DNA of 64,000 nucleotides from the human T2T-CHM13v2.0 reference genome, Homo sapiens: assembly GCF_009914755.1 (NCBI RefSeq), contig NC_060941.1; one strand, given 5' to 3'. Both the position numbers and the translations under genes were made by a program. Position 1 is the stretch's first letter. Every line of letters starts with the position of its first letter. Under the pieces are notes generated by a model. That model had not been told where the DNA came from, did not search any database, and was given only the letters and a program-made list of their open reading frames with translations. Below, one piece after another: positions 1 to 16,738 of this stretch.

Positions 1-909
1 ACTGCTTTAAAGTCTATATATTTAGCACATATAGACCAAATAATAAAACTATTTATGCCACATAATACTTCTAACATTCCAATTAATGCCTAAATTGAAA
101 TCTATCCTGCCTATTCATCCAGTGTGGTCTGTGCTGTGGATGGCTAAAAACTTTGGCCAAAATACAAATAGGTGATACAACATCATCAATGTAATAGATC
201 CGTATTTCACTATCTTTACCTTAAATTTCTGTATTATTGAATTTGTGCAATATTACACGTCCCTAATATGTTTATACTGTACTACAAAAGTTTACAAGAC
301 AATTATACATAAATCATCTCATTTGGTTCTTACGACAATGCTGTCAAGTAAAGTACTATTATAATAGTCATTTTACTACATAGCAGTGTAACAACAGAGA
401 CAAGACTCCTGTTCAGATTTTGATTCCAGCTCCATCATTATTCATACATACTTTAAACGTATTATTTAGCAGACAAGATGGTTGATATACATTTTGAAAT
501 TACAATATTTTGTAGCATAGTAAATTTTGTAGCATAGTAAATTCAATTAGAAAGGGCAAATGGAAAAAAAAGCCACAGATCCATACAGAACATGGAAGAA
601 TGAAATATGGTTAATTTGAATAGTTTGAATTCTAAGGTAACTTCATCTACTGTTATCTAGCCCAGACACAAAAGTAAGATTTTTAAAAATAAATTTCATG
701 GCCAGTTTTTCTGCTAAAATATGAAACACAACAAAAAGTACCAAATCAGAAAATATGACTTCTTTTTTATCTTTTTTCTCAAAGGAGTTGTAGTAGGTTA
801 CATATTTTGTACATTTGACAGTAGTCAAACCAAATACTATTGTAAAGAATAAGGAAATATTTATTTTAAAATGGCATAGTTTTTGTATTTCTTCCTTTAT
901 CATATTTAC

Positions 910-998
910 CTGTATAATGGCAGCATCTATGGATGCTTGTAAAACTGTGAAACCTGAGGACCAGTACTGAGCAGCCTCACATGATTTTGAACAGCCAG
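910..998 (-). CDS. ABCA5: ABCA5 coding exon (exon 5; 89 nt)
   Basis: Encodes (A)GCSKSCEAAQYWSSGFTVLQASIDAAIIQ. Acceptor ccccccatag|CT, donor CAG|gtaaat. Phase matches the previous exon; cumulative CDS 558 nt = 186 codons. Confidence 0.97.
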
Positions 999-1891
999 CT
1001 ATGGGGGGAAGAATATGAGATCTAAGATTCTGTACAACATGCAAGTGCATCGTTTTAAAGATATTATATGGAGAGATACCTACCAAAACAATATAATCAA
1101 TCAATCTTTACAGGACCAAAGAAATAAGCTACTGACTTTCAAAGGTAAACAATACTTACAAGATTTCTGATCATTTACTTGAAATTTTGAAATAAAAGTT
1201 ATATGTGTTAGAATACTAAATAGTAAATGAATAAAAATGTAAAGAAAGAAATTAATTGTAGTTATTTAAAACAAGTTACTTTTTTGTTTTAAAGTAAATC
1301 ATTCTACATGACTTAGCTCTAAAGCACTTCCAGAAGCAAGGAAAAGTCAAAGTTAAGCAAACAGGAAAAAAGAATTTTCAGAAGGGCTTTTTGAAATAAA
1401 GTCACAAATTCAGTATTTAGCATAGTGACTTTAACATTGCTCAATAAATGTTTGTGGTTGATAATATTTCTTCATAGATTTAAACAACCAAAGGTTGTTT
1501 CCCATGTTTCAAATATAAAACTAATCAAGTTCACTAGTAGAAGACCTCAAGATTTTAAAGATTTGTACATACCACAAGTAAAAACAATTACATGAAAAAA
1601 AGAGATTTAGAAAGTCATATAACCCAAAATGCAATTTTGCTTTATGCTACTGTATTTAATATATATAAATGTATTAAATCAAAATGGGTATATATAAAAA
1701 TGTTTTATGTGTAGAAGTAGATAGGTATTTATAAATAAATATTTTTATGCTATACTTCTCAGTTTTCCTATTGGAACAAGTAAGAATAGTTGAAAATGCC
1801 AATATTGAACTATATAAAATTTTGACTATGAACTGCAAGCAGCAAAGATATGCATTTAATTGATCTTCAATGATTATGTAGGGCTATTTAC

Positions 1892-2053
1892 CTCTTGAAT
1901 CCATATAAATAGAAGATACTGGAATCATATCAGGAAAAAAACGAAGTTCATAGGACATGGAGTCTTTGAAAACCACACCTACAAAGTTGCTCGGCTTAGA
2001 GAGACTGGATGTTAACATTTCTTTTTCATTTGTATATTCTTCAGTAATTATGA
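1892..2053 (-). CDS. ABCA5: ABCA5 coding exon (exon 4; 162 nt)
   Basis: Encodes (V)IITEEYTNEKEMLTSSLSKPSNFVGVVFKDSMSYELRFFPDMIPVSSIYMDSR. Acceptor cttacag|TC, donor GAG|gtaaat. Confidence 0.97.
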
Positions 2054-2177
2054 CTGTAAGATATCATAACAATATAGTTAGCTCACAAATTAAAATACCA
2101 CAATACAGTAGATCAAGTTTACAATTATTTTGATGAATGGAATATTTTATAAACACTTTTGCTATATTTACTTCTTA

Positions 2178-2490
<313 letters not shown>

Positions 2491-2772
2491 AGAAGACAAT
2501 TCTTCCAACAAAATAATAATAATAAAATGGTACAATGTTGCAGACACTACTCAGCTGTCATTTGATTACAGAAATGTGTCAGTGTTATACTTATGTTATA
2601 AATATATGAAATATAGTATAAAACAATATGCAGAACTCATATTTCTTCAAGAAATTGCTGTTTCTCAAAACCTCAATTAATTATACTAATTTCAGGCAGC
2701 AATAAAATTATAAAAATTATTAGTAATGCAGTTCATTTATCTATCTCGAAGTTAAACTAAAAAATAACTTCG

Positions 2773-3069
2773 TTATTTTATTTTATATTTTTTTAGAGAC
2801 AGGGCTTTGTTCTGTTACCCAGCCTGCAGTGCACTGGATCTTGCACTCAAACTTCAGGGGTCAAGAGATCCTCCCACCTCAGCTTCTGGAGTAGAGCTTG
2901 GTCGATAGTCACTCATCACCATGCCTGGCTAATTTTTTGTTTTTAATTTTGGTAGAAATGAGGTGTCACTACATTACCCAAGCTGGTCTTGAACTCCTGG
3001 CCTCAAGTGATCCTCCCACCTGAGCCTCCGGACTAGTTGGGATTACAGGCATGAGCCAGTGCACCTGCA
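2773..3069 (-). mobile_element. Alu (J-like)
   Basis: Reverse Alu; flanking TSD aaaaataactt. Confidence 0.88.
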
Positions 3070-3534
3070 CAAAAATAACTTTTTAGTAAATATATGAATT
3101 TTTTATTTTTAAATATTTCTTATAAAGAAAATTCCACAATCCTTCTCAGAAACTAAATAGGCATTTTAGTAACTATGACACAACTCTTCCTTAAATAAAA
3201 ATTGTCATTCAAATCCAATATTGCTTGTTCCTTTCTTAGAAGATAAGTGGAAAAAATACTGTAATCATTCTTTCTCATCAGATAAGACTAATTTTTAAAT
3301 ATTTTCTTGTAGTTTTGTTTACAAGCAACTAATTTTCACTACAGAAGCTTCAAACATGTGGTGAAATGGAAAGAATATAGAATTAGTACTTAACGTCTTC
3401 ATGTATTAACTGTGTGAGCACAGACAGGCGATTTGAACTCTTCAGACTTTAGTGTCCTCATCTACAATGCCTAGCTGATGACACTGGGTTGTTGTGAAGA
3501 ACAAGTGAAGTAACAAACATCAAAACGCTTTGTA

Positions 3535-3846
3535 GGCTGGATGTGGTGCCTCACACCTATAATGCCAGCACTTTGGAAGGTGGAGGCAGGTAGATTGCTT
3601 GAGTCCAGGAGTAGATTGCTTGAGACCAGCCTAGGTAGCATGGCGAAACCCTGTCTCTACAAAAAATACAAAAATTAGCCAGGTGTGGTGGTGTGCACCT
3701 GTAGTCCCAGCTACTCAGGAGGCTGAAGCGGGAGTATCACTTGAGCCCAGGAGGCAGAGGCTGCAGTGAGCTGAGATCACAGCACTGCAAACCAGCTTGA
3801 CAGTGAGATCCCATCTCAAACAAAAGAAGAAAAAGACAAAAAAAAA
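3535..3846 (+). mobile_element. Alu (J-like)
   Basis: Full Alu with a small internal duplication (gtagattgcttgag x2). Confidence 0.9.
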
Positions 3847-4089
3847 ATGCTTCATAGATTCTAAAGTATTACTTAAATGTTAATTAATAGATTTTCCAGG
3901 CCTTTTAAGAGGGACAGGGAACTCCAGGATTTACATGAATAAAGAGGGTGTTAGTTCAACATCCTACCAGTCATGTTATGTATGTATGCATAACCCATTT
4001 TCAGATAGTTCTGTTGTTAAAAATACAGAAGTCTAAAAAAATTTGTGTATATGTATACACTATTTTGGCATCTAATACACACTGACTTA

Positions 4090-4527
<438 letters not shown>

Positions 4528-5721
4528 TAATCTATACTACTTGTACCTAATATGATACACTACCATATAACAAGAAGTGTATTTAATCAAAATATTAAAT
4601 AGAAATAGCCAGAGAAAGAAACCAATGGAATAAAAGTTACCTGGCTTCTGACTGTATAATTAACACTTTCCATTCAATGACATAAAATCCAATAATGCGA
4701 TGACATATAAGCTAATTACAACTATCCCATATGGCAAAAAATAACATGCTAATCTGTCATTTTCTACAATTTAGCACTTCCTTGTTTAATCATTAATAGC
4801 ATAAGAATTTCTGTCACTTTCTCCAGCTTTTGCTTTAGGTTCTCTCACAGCCACTTTAAGTTCAGTGGCACTTCACTGCTTACACTGTTTTCTAGTTCAT
4901 TTCTTTGTGAGAAGTGCACATTGAGAAAAAAGACTTAGGTGGCACTTTAGGTGGAGGCCAAGGGAGGAAGATCATTTGATCCCAGGAGTTTAGACCAACC
5001 TGGGCAACATAGCAAGATCCCATCTCTACAAAAAATATATATATAAATAAATAAAACAGAGTTAGGGACTTAGCCATAGTCATAGTTGTAGTCTCCAAAG
5101 TTAGGTACTTCTTCAGTTTACACCATACACTTCTATAAACAAGCATGGTAAGCTGAAAAGGTGACTGCTTTACAGTCTTTATCACATATTTCTAGCTTCC
5201 TTTTTAAATTTTTTATTGTTATAGATGGGGGTCCCATTCTGTTGCCCAGAGTAAGGAGTGCTGGAATGAAGTGGCATGATCATAGTTCACTGCAGCCCCA
5301 AACTTTTGGGCTCACGGGATCCCCCCACCTCAACTTCTTGAGTAGCTGGGACTACAGGCACATGCTACCACATTCAGCTAAACATTGCTAGCTTCATAAT
5401 TATATGAAAGTCAGAATCAAAATGAAATAGCCCATCAAAGCTTGTATCTTATACAAGTATACTTAAACTATTTTATAAATGGTCTAAGAATTAAATATAA
5501 AAGTACATAAAATATGCTTCCTACCACCAAGAATATAAATTAATGTTTCACAAGAAAAATAAGGCAACAGAATTAAATAATTTTAGTATTTTTATAAAAC
5601 TGACTTTGGTGGAGGAACACATCTCTAAGTGTTAAGACTGCTATTCATTCAATAAAGCAAGCTGATAAATATTGAAAAGGCTTAATATTATAAACAGAAT
5701 ATATATATAAGCTCACAATAC

Positions 5722-5926
5722 CATCAGGTAGATGATCAGTAGACACTTTCTGCATGATGCTGCTTGTAATATTAGTCACTGGAGTATATCCAAGAATTAG
5801 ATTAGAAAGAGTAAACTTGTCCATAGGATTGAGTTCTATATTAGGCACTTCTTCATATTTCTTATTTGGATGCATCATGCTAATTAATATTAACCAAAAT
5901 AAAAAAAATAGTGGAAAAAGAATTTC
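5722..5926 (-). CDS. ABCA5: ABCA5 coding exon (exon 3; 205 nt), includes first transmembrane segment
   Basis: Encodes EILFPLFFLFWLILISMMHPNKKYEEVPNIELNPMDKFTLSNLILGYTPVTNITSSIMQKVSTDHLPD. Acceptor ttgtag|GA, donor ATG|gtattg. Confidence 0.97.
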
Positions 5927-6945
5927 CTACAATAAAAGAAACAAAGTAATTACAAAGTATAACAATGGCAGCAAAAATCATCAAGATTTCTTGGCAAATA
6001 ATATAATACTAAGAAAAAACAGGAAATTTGGTTGTCCTTTCTTATGAATAAAAAGTAAAAGCAATTCTATCCCAAAAGAATTTTGTGTTGAACACCTCAT
6101 CCAACCCAACATGCATATTATTTTTTCCTTTGTATTTAGTTTTACTGAAATATTTTAAAATTCAAGTCACAAAATAAATTAAGGTGACATAAAAGATAAT
6201 ATTTAAACATCTTAGATTATTGACATAAAACATAATAAATTTACTCATATAATTTTATCTAAAGCAATTTACCGAACATCCCTATATGGATTCACCATAA
6301 AAATGCCTTTATTCAATTCTGAATTAGAAATCATACTTTAATTATACCTAAATGTATACTACCAAAACCATACTGAATTAAATTCTACGGTCAGTTTTAG
6401 TAGAAATGAGCTATTATATCATCTTGCTGTTTAATTGTTTTACCAGTTTCAGGGAAGATGAATAATATGTTTTCATCCTTTGAAATTATTACTAGCTGGT
6501 TACCCAAGTTCTTCCTTTCTTTTACCCTTATCAAAAGTAATGTATGCTGTGGGTACAAATCTGTGTCATAATATTAATACTCATGGGCAACTCAATCTAG
6601 AGTCCATAAAATACGAGGTTGTGGGATATAAAACTCTGGAATCAAAGTTATTGTGGAATGTTAGTTCATGAAACTTAGGAAACACATGCCTAAAAGCTGA
6701 AAATGAAGCACAGATGTTAGAAATTAACTAAATGTAGAAATTATTATTAAAATTTTTAACATTTAGAAAGCATTAAGTAATTCAGTTATTTTTCTGTGGC
6801 TAACATGGCAAGCTTTTACTTTACAAGCAAAGAAAAATAAAATTATAATAAAAATATATTTAGCAAAATAAATCATCACTTCAAGATAGAATATATCAAG
6901 CAAAATAAACTGCAAAAAAGCATAAGAAAGAGTTATTTAACTTAC

Positions 6946-7047
6946 CTGAACACTACTCTTTTTGGTTCTGCATTTAATTAAGTAATTCTTCAGTAGAAGT
7001 GTTCTGGTCTGTCTCCAAACTCCTACCTCCCTAATTGCAGTGGACAT
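6946..7047 (-). CDS. ABCA5: ABCA5 first coding exon (exon 2 spans 6946-7062, with 15 nt of 5'UTR)
   Basis: ATG at 7047 (AAAACATGT, A at -3). Encodes MSTAIREVGVWRQTRTLLLKNYLIKCRTKKSSVQ with the ABCA N-terminal LLxKN motif. Acceptor tttaatag|GT at 7062, donor CAG|gtaagt. Confidence 0.98.
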
Positions 7048-7179
7048 GTTTTCTGAATAAACCTATTAAAGAGGAAAAACAAACAAACAAACCCGGAGCC
7101 ACGCAGTAAACTGCATGTAATTTTTAACGGCAAAATAAGCAGCTGTTTCAGTCCCAGGTAAGATGGATTAAGCATACTC

Positions 7180-10330
<3,151 letters not shown>

Positions 10331-10745
10331 TGTACCTATCACAGGTCCAGTATCCCTCTTCCAGGGTACATTTACCCTTTGAAGATCCTTGAAATCCTTT
10401 CTGCCTGTGGACCTCTATTGGAGCTATCTCGATTCTTCAGAGGTTTCATTCCAGCTGAACTCAAAATAGAAGTGGTCAGAGTCTCAACTGCAATGTCCAC
10501 TGCCCCTATTCAAATACACTCAACCCAGTAACCTAGGATCTCTGCATACTAAGAAGTATTGAGAAGATAGCAGGGGAAATAACAACAACAACAAAAAAAT
10601 CCTGTTAAACCTTCCAGAGAAATTGCTGTGCCCTTGTTTTAAATAAACCTATCTAGTGAGGCCACTGCTATAACTCTCCTCCAAAACAAGGACCATCTGT
10701 TGCAAGCTGGAAGACTGTCTACACCTAAATAAAGAAAACTCACAA

Positions 10746-11022
10746 TTTTTTTTTTTTTGAGATGGAGTCTCACTCTTTTGTCCAGGCTGGAGTGCAATGG
10801 CACAGTCTCGGCTCCTGGGTTCAAGCAATTCTCCAACCTCAGCCTCCCAAGTAACTGGGATTACAGGCGCCTGCCACCATGCTCAGCTAATTTTTGTATT
10901 TTTAGTAGAGATGGGATTTCACCATGTTGGTCAGACTGGTCTCAAACTTCTGACCTCAGGTGATCCATCTGCCTTTGCCTCCCAAAGTGCTGGGATTACA
11001 GGAGTGAGCCACCGTGCCTGGT
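10746..11022 (-). mobile_element. Alu (S-like)
   Basis: Reverse Alu with poly-T. Confidence 0.9.
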
Positions 11023-11316
11023 CCATAATTTTTGAGAGGCAGTTTGTCTTTTCCAGTAAATATATATAATTAAAGTTTGGCTTAAATGAGCATCTTCTTT
11101 ATATGCACAGAAGGAAGACTGGAAAGAACTGTTTAAATTAGCAATGGAATTAAAGACAACTTTTATTTTCTTCATGCTTTTTTTCTATGTATTACTTACA
11201 TAGTAAAAAAAAAGCAATTAAACAATTAGACATACTGTAAAAATACTAAATGAGTAAATTAAAAACAGCAAAACAAAAGCAGTCAAGAATAGAAGATACA
11301 TTAAAATAAATTCTTC

Positions 11317-11720
11317 CAGCATTCCATTCCAAGGCATCTGTGAACCTGTGGAGTAGACACCATGAGCAAAGCTTACACTCCCGAGTTGAAAAAATTGATG
11401 GACAAAAAGTTATCATTGAAAATTAAATGGTGGCAGACATGTCCAAGGAATATTGTGGGGATTTGATCCCTTTATGAATCTTGTGATAGATTAATGTGTG
11501 GAGATGGCAACTAGTGGGCAACAGAACAATATTGGGATGGTGGTAATGCGATGTAATGGCATCATCATGTTAGAAGCCTTGGAACAAGTATAAATAATGG
11601 CTGTTCAGCAGAAAAACCCATGTCTCCCTCTCAAAAGGGCCTGTTTTACTATGATGTAAAAATTAAGTCATGTATATTTTCATATTAGACTCTGTTAAAT
11701 AAACTTCTGTAATGGTCAAT
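11317..11720 (+). pseudogene. SNRPG: Processed pseudogene of SNRPG (Sm-G), antisense within ABCA5 intron 1; symbol given is the parent gene
   Basis: ATG at 11362 reads MSKAYTPELKKLMDKKLSLK. After a +1 frameshift (~11422) it reads LNGGRHVQGILWGFDPFMNLVID*(TAA 11492)[32 protein letters not shown] (11593). Intronless, AATAAA at 11698, 13-bp TSD aaataaattcttc (11304-11316 / 11721-11733). Confidence 0.96.
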
Positions 11721-14718
11721 AAATAAATTCTTCTAACAGTCTCAACTATGTTATATCACATTTAGCAAAGAGTTGATAATAGGAGGGAAGGAAGGAAGAA
11801 AGCTGTACTCATTCAAGCATTATTTGCTACAATACAAACATAGAAACACTAACCTAATGCAGCATGAACATTCTCAAGTTACTTGCCAAAACACATTGAT
11901 TTTGTGAATGCTACTAAATTATTAATCCACTTTGAATGTTGGATGCTTAACTCTTCATTTTTATATAACAGACTCATAGAGTAGATGGATTCACAAAATT
12001 TTTTGTTTTTTTGAGAACTGCTTCCTGAACTCAAGGTTGAGTCTCTAAGGGCCTTGTCTAAAAAACCTGCCCACCCACTCCACCTCTCATCACAGCTTTT
12101 TAAAGCAAAACTAAACCAACTCCCCAAACACCATCCCAACGCACACAAACCATCACCACCACCACCACTACTCTTGAGCTGTGTCAGTTAAAATTTCTCT
12201 TGGCAGAATTAACTAAGAGACCCACAGACTGGATGGAAGTCAAGGAAACTGAATTACATGAATGGCAACATTTAAGAAAGAAAGTTTACACATTCTTACT
12301 CTAAGCTTTCTTCTAATGTACCACACCTACTGTGCTCACAACTCGATTTTTCTTCCTTGGAGTATGTGAAATGTCCTATTATCTTCCCAATATATTTTCA
12401 TTTTCACTTAAGCTAACCAGTATCAGATTCTATTTCTTGCAAAAAAGCATCTTAACCAATATTACAAAGGCACCAAAATTAACAAACATAAGAACTAATA
12501 ATGCCCAAAGTAGTATAGGTTAAGAGTATGACCTCTGAAGCCAAACCAACTAAACATGAATCCTGCCTCTGCTACATACTAACTTCAAGACCTTGGGCAA
12601 GTTATTTAATGTTTTTGCGCCTAAGTTTTATTATCTGTAAAATACAACAATAGTAGTACCTACCTCTTTGGGTTGTTAAAATGACTAAAAGAATTAATAC
12701 ATGAAAAGCTGAAAATGGTGGCTTGTACATGGCAACTAATTATACACATTGATCACGATTGTGTATAAAAGTATAACTAATATCCTTAAAAGAGTAATAG
12801 AGAATATCATATTCTTGGAACAAGAGAAAGATAATTAAGAAAAAAGCAATTACAGAACTTAGAAATGAAATAAAAAACTGATAGAAATAAAAAAGCACTA
12901 AAAGATGGGGTGAACTTCATTTAAAGACGAATTAGTGAGCTAAATTGAAGCGTGAGTCAAAGAAACCCTACAGAATGAATTGCAAAAGGACAGAGAGAAA
13001 AAAATGATGAAAGTATTAACTCTGTCATCAAATTATACCAATGACTCAGTATTATGAATGACCTCAACAATCTGATTTTTCTTATACTCAAAAGCTTTAG
13101 TCTAATCATATGAAAATATTAACTTTCAATAATCTTGAGCTTCAATTCAAGTTACTGAAACAAAAAAAAAATCTCTTAAGCCCATCTGATCACTGGTTTT
13201 CTTCATAGTATGAAATACATGGTTTAGCTGTTTGATTGAAAAGAATGAAACATTCTTAACATTAATTCTTCATAAACCTTTAAACTTTAACGTTGATCTA
13301 AAACAGAAACTTCAAAGCTATAGTCAGGTCTTTGTAAACTAACCCAACAACGTACCTATTCACCCTCCTCTTTGCCTGCTGCATCCTCCAACCTGCCAGT
13401 CCACAGTGTCTAAGCAGGCCCAATTTGAAAAGGGATATGGGGAATAAATAAGCAAGGACTGGTCTGCATAATAATGTAAACACTAACTCTACCCTATAAA
13501 TTCTTTGCAAATGATGAGGTGCTGGGGAAAATATTTGGCTTCCTTTTCAGGTGTCGAGACCACATTGTCTCTCGACAATTGGTCGAGAGATTATACCTGT
13601 CCTTTGGGGAGAAGACAGAGAAACAAGATAGAATAAAAAAAGGGGTGATTACAACTCTCACTGATATGGTAATCACAAAGGCCCCTCTCTTCACCACATC
13701 CTCCACTGTTTTGCAGGGTCTGGAATCCCAAAGGACAATACTGACTAGCCTAACAGGGAGTTAGGGTGGGAAAACTGGGATGAAGGAAGAATGTGGGAAG
13801 GCAGTACTTTTCTATATTGACGAACACCCAAAAATAAAGGGTTAATATCTTGAGATGGGAACAACTCTTGTGGATGAAAGAATGAGGTTTCCAGAAAGAA
13901 AGGTGGAGATCCACACAGCAGAGGTGACATGAAAGCGGTGTTCCTGACAGAAGCATATATCTGAAAACAGGGCTGCAAAGTTACAAATGAGGCATGACCA
14001 AAAAGGGGACATCTATGAAGGGTTTGACTTATCAGGTGCCTTTTCTTGGGATACAAGAAACCCCGTATTTAGCATGGAGCTATACATTTCCTCTTTCTAT
14101 ACTAGAATTCCAAAATTTTATAGCTTTATGTGATGGTTTTTGGAAGAATAAGAGAAAAACGCAGTAAAAAGATGCATGGCCTGCCTCAAGTTTAACTGTT
14201 TAAGTTTAATTGCCTCTAAATGGCAATATCTAGGAGTTCACTCACTAGCAGCTGAGTTAATACAAGACCAAAGCAGAATTTGTATGGTTCCAACTCAAAA
14301 TCTTACCAATGAAATACTTTAAAACACTCTTTAACAAAGCCAATTCTTAGCTGTTAAAAAACAGTGGCACAAAGAGAAATACGGGTTCAAAATCTAAAAA
14401 AAAAAAGTTATTTTCCATACTTCCACAGCATACCTGAGAAATGTGCTAAGTTTGTTGTAGGGCTTTAAATAATAATTAGGTGAGTTTTAAACACCTAACA
14501 TCTCTAAAGATTTAATCAAATTTAACTTTCCTAGATAAATAATTTACTAGATAAAATAATTTATACTAAATCCAATAAGTTGCAAGAAAATGGAAAGCCT
14601 ACTAAAGCCCATCTTCCTTTTCTAATGTATTAATTGACTTAAAGACCAGGAGTTGCATAATCCAAAGTTCAATATCAAAAATTCACTTCTTAATTTATCT
14701 TAAAGTACTGGTTACTAC

Positions 14719-15016
14719 GGCCAGGCACAGTGGTTCACGCCTGTAATCCCAGCACTTTGGGAGGCTGAGGCGGGAAGATCACGAGGTCAGGAGACAGAAA
14801 CTATCCCGGCCAACATGGTGAAACCCTGTCTCTACTAAAAATACAAAAATTAGCTGGGTGTGGTGGCGGGCACCTGTAATCCCAGCTACTCAGGAGGCTG
14901 AGGCAGGAGAATCACTCGAACCCGGGAGGTGAAAGTTGCAGTCAGCTGACACTGTGCCAATCCAGCCTGGCAACAGAGCAAGATTCCGTCTCAAAAAAAA
15001 AAAAAAAAAAAAAAAA
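14719..15016 (+). mobile_element. Alu (Sc-like) with perfect 17-bp TSD
   Basis: TSD aaagtactggttactac at 14702-14718 and 15014-15030; long A tail. Confidence 0.95.
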
Positions 15017-15699
15017 GTACTGGTTACTACGTTCCAAATCCTACGAAACATATTCCACATCACTAAAAGTAATAAAAATGTACATAACCTTTAGAAATAA
15101 TTGTTAGAGAAAAATTATTTAGGATGCATGAATTTAATTAATTAAAATAAGAAATTTGAAAGCTATAAAGTATTTTTTAAAATCTAAGGTAGTTCTACTA
15201 TTATACCTACTGCCTTTGTTAAAAGCAGTGCTTTCCTTAGAAGAGCCTCTCTCTTCCCCCACCTCCCCCGCAAAATCCATCACTTATCTAATGATACCAT
15301 TATCTCCTTCAAATATTTTCAGCTAGTAAAACAACTCACTGCACAGCAGAGGAGGTACTAAATACCTGTGGAATAAACAATCCATTTATTATGTAGCAGG
15401 TAAAATAACTTTAAATTTTTTAAATTATTTTCATAGAGACCTGATTAAAAACATATCCATGTTTATTTCTGTGAGAAACAAATTAAGATTATACCCTATA
15501 AAATAAATAAGTTGAGTCATCCTGATGTTTAGAGCCATCCTGATAAGAAACGTGGTCACCTTCTTAGCATCCTTAAAAGATTTCCAGAAAGGCTAGCTGA
15601 AAATACATTCCCTACCTCCAACAAATGACTGTTAGAGGTTACTTCTCATCCACCTAAGCAGATGTAACAGAAAATGGATAGTCTGTCTACTTGGGGCTT

Positions 15700-16165
15700 C
15701 TAAACGTTGTTCGGCACTGAAGGTTGACTTTGGAGACTGGGTCATGAAGCTTGACCTCTTAATTACTGACCTTTTGTTATACATGAAATTCCTTCCTTAT
15801 TTTCTTGTTCCTAGATCACACCAGATGATGCCAGGGATAAAAGACCGCTGACTGTGATAAAAGACCCTTTGACCATTACATCCTTAATGTGAAATGTTAA
15901 ATATACCCTTCCCCCAAAAAGAAACACTGCCTATAACTAATTGAATTGCTCTAACTATGCACTAACCTCGTACGAAAAATGATGTAACCCTGTTAAGCAT
16001 CCCCAGGCCTTGCCTATGTAAAGGACCCTCAAACCTCTCCACTTTGGAGCATTTACCTCATCCTTCAGGAGTCTGTGTCCTCCTGTGTGACCATCCTCAA
16101 GTTTTATGCTCAAATAAACTCAATTTTTAATCATATTGCCTAAATGTCATTATTAACATTGACAT
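15700..16165 (+). mobile_element. Probable ERV1-type solo LTR
   Basis: LTR-like layout: TATA-like element, aataaactc poly(A) signal, ending ...ttgaca. Family not identified. Confidence 0.5.
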
Positions 16166-16410
16166 GGAGCTGATTATCACTCCTTTGTTTTACCTCTATA
16201 CCCAGTAAACATAACTGTAACTGCAGTAACTATACCCTGTCACCATTATTTATTTATATATTTTCATCTTGAACTTGACCATGAGATCCTTGATGAAAAA
16301 AACAACAGTCTTATTTATCTTTGTTTCTCCACCACCAATGGAAATATTAAACCCAGTATCATCTTACCACAGATTCCTTTATCAAGGCTTCCTGAGAGTC
16401 CTTAAAGATC

Positions 16411-16738
16411 AAGGATGTGCAAACTATGATGAAAGAGGTGGGGGCTAAATCCAACCCTCAGTCTGTTTGGCACAGCCCATGAGGAACACTGCTTCTGCAT
16501 TTTTAAAAGGTTGAAAAATAATAATAATATCTTGTGACATGCAAAAATTATATGAAATTCAAATTTCAGTGTCTATAAATACAGTGTTATTGGAACACAG
16601 CCATGCTCATTCATTTATGTATTATCTATGACTGCTTTTGTGCTACAACAGTAAAGTTATTGAGACAGAGACCATACTGTCTGCAAACCTAAAATATTTA
16701 CTATCTGGCACTTTACAAAAAACGTTGGTCAACTCCTG
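16411..16738. mobile_element. MER58-like hAT MITE
   Basis: Characteristic text aataaagttttattggaacacagccat-like and aaaatatttactatctgg; degenerate TIRs. Confidence 0.75.

Noticed and set aside
643-1104. 153-aa ORF as a standalone gene
   Set aside because: Only 910-998 is the ABCA5 exon; the rest is intronic read-through. The same applies to ORF 5645-5878.
10493-10503. atgtccactgc identical to the first 11 nt of the ABCA5 CDS, on the opposite strand
   Set aside because: The match does not extend; an 11-mer is weak evidence.
12290-12450. Apparent minus-strand exon
   Set aside because: It reads as an old MLT1-type LTR fragment, and the splice-like sites are weak.
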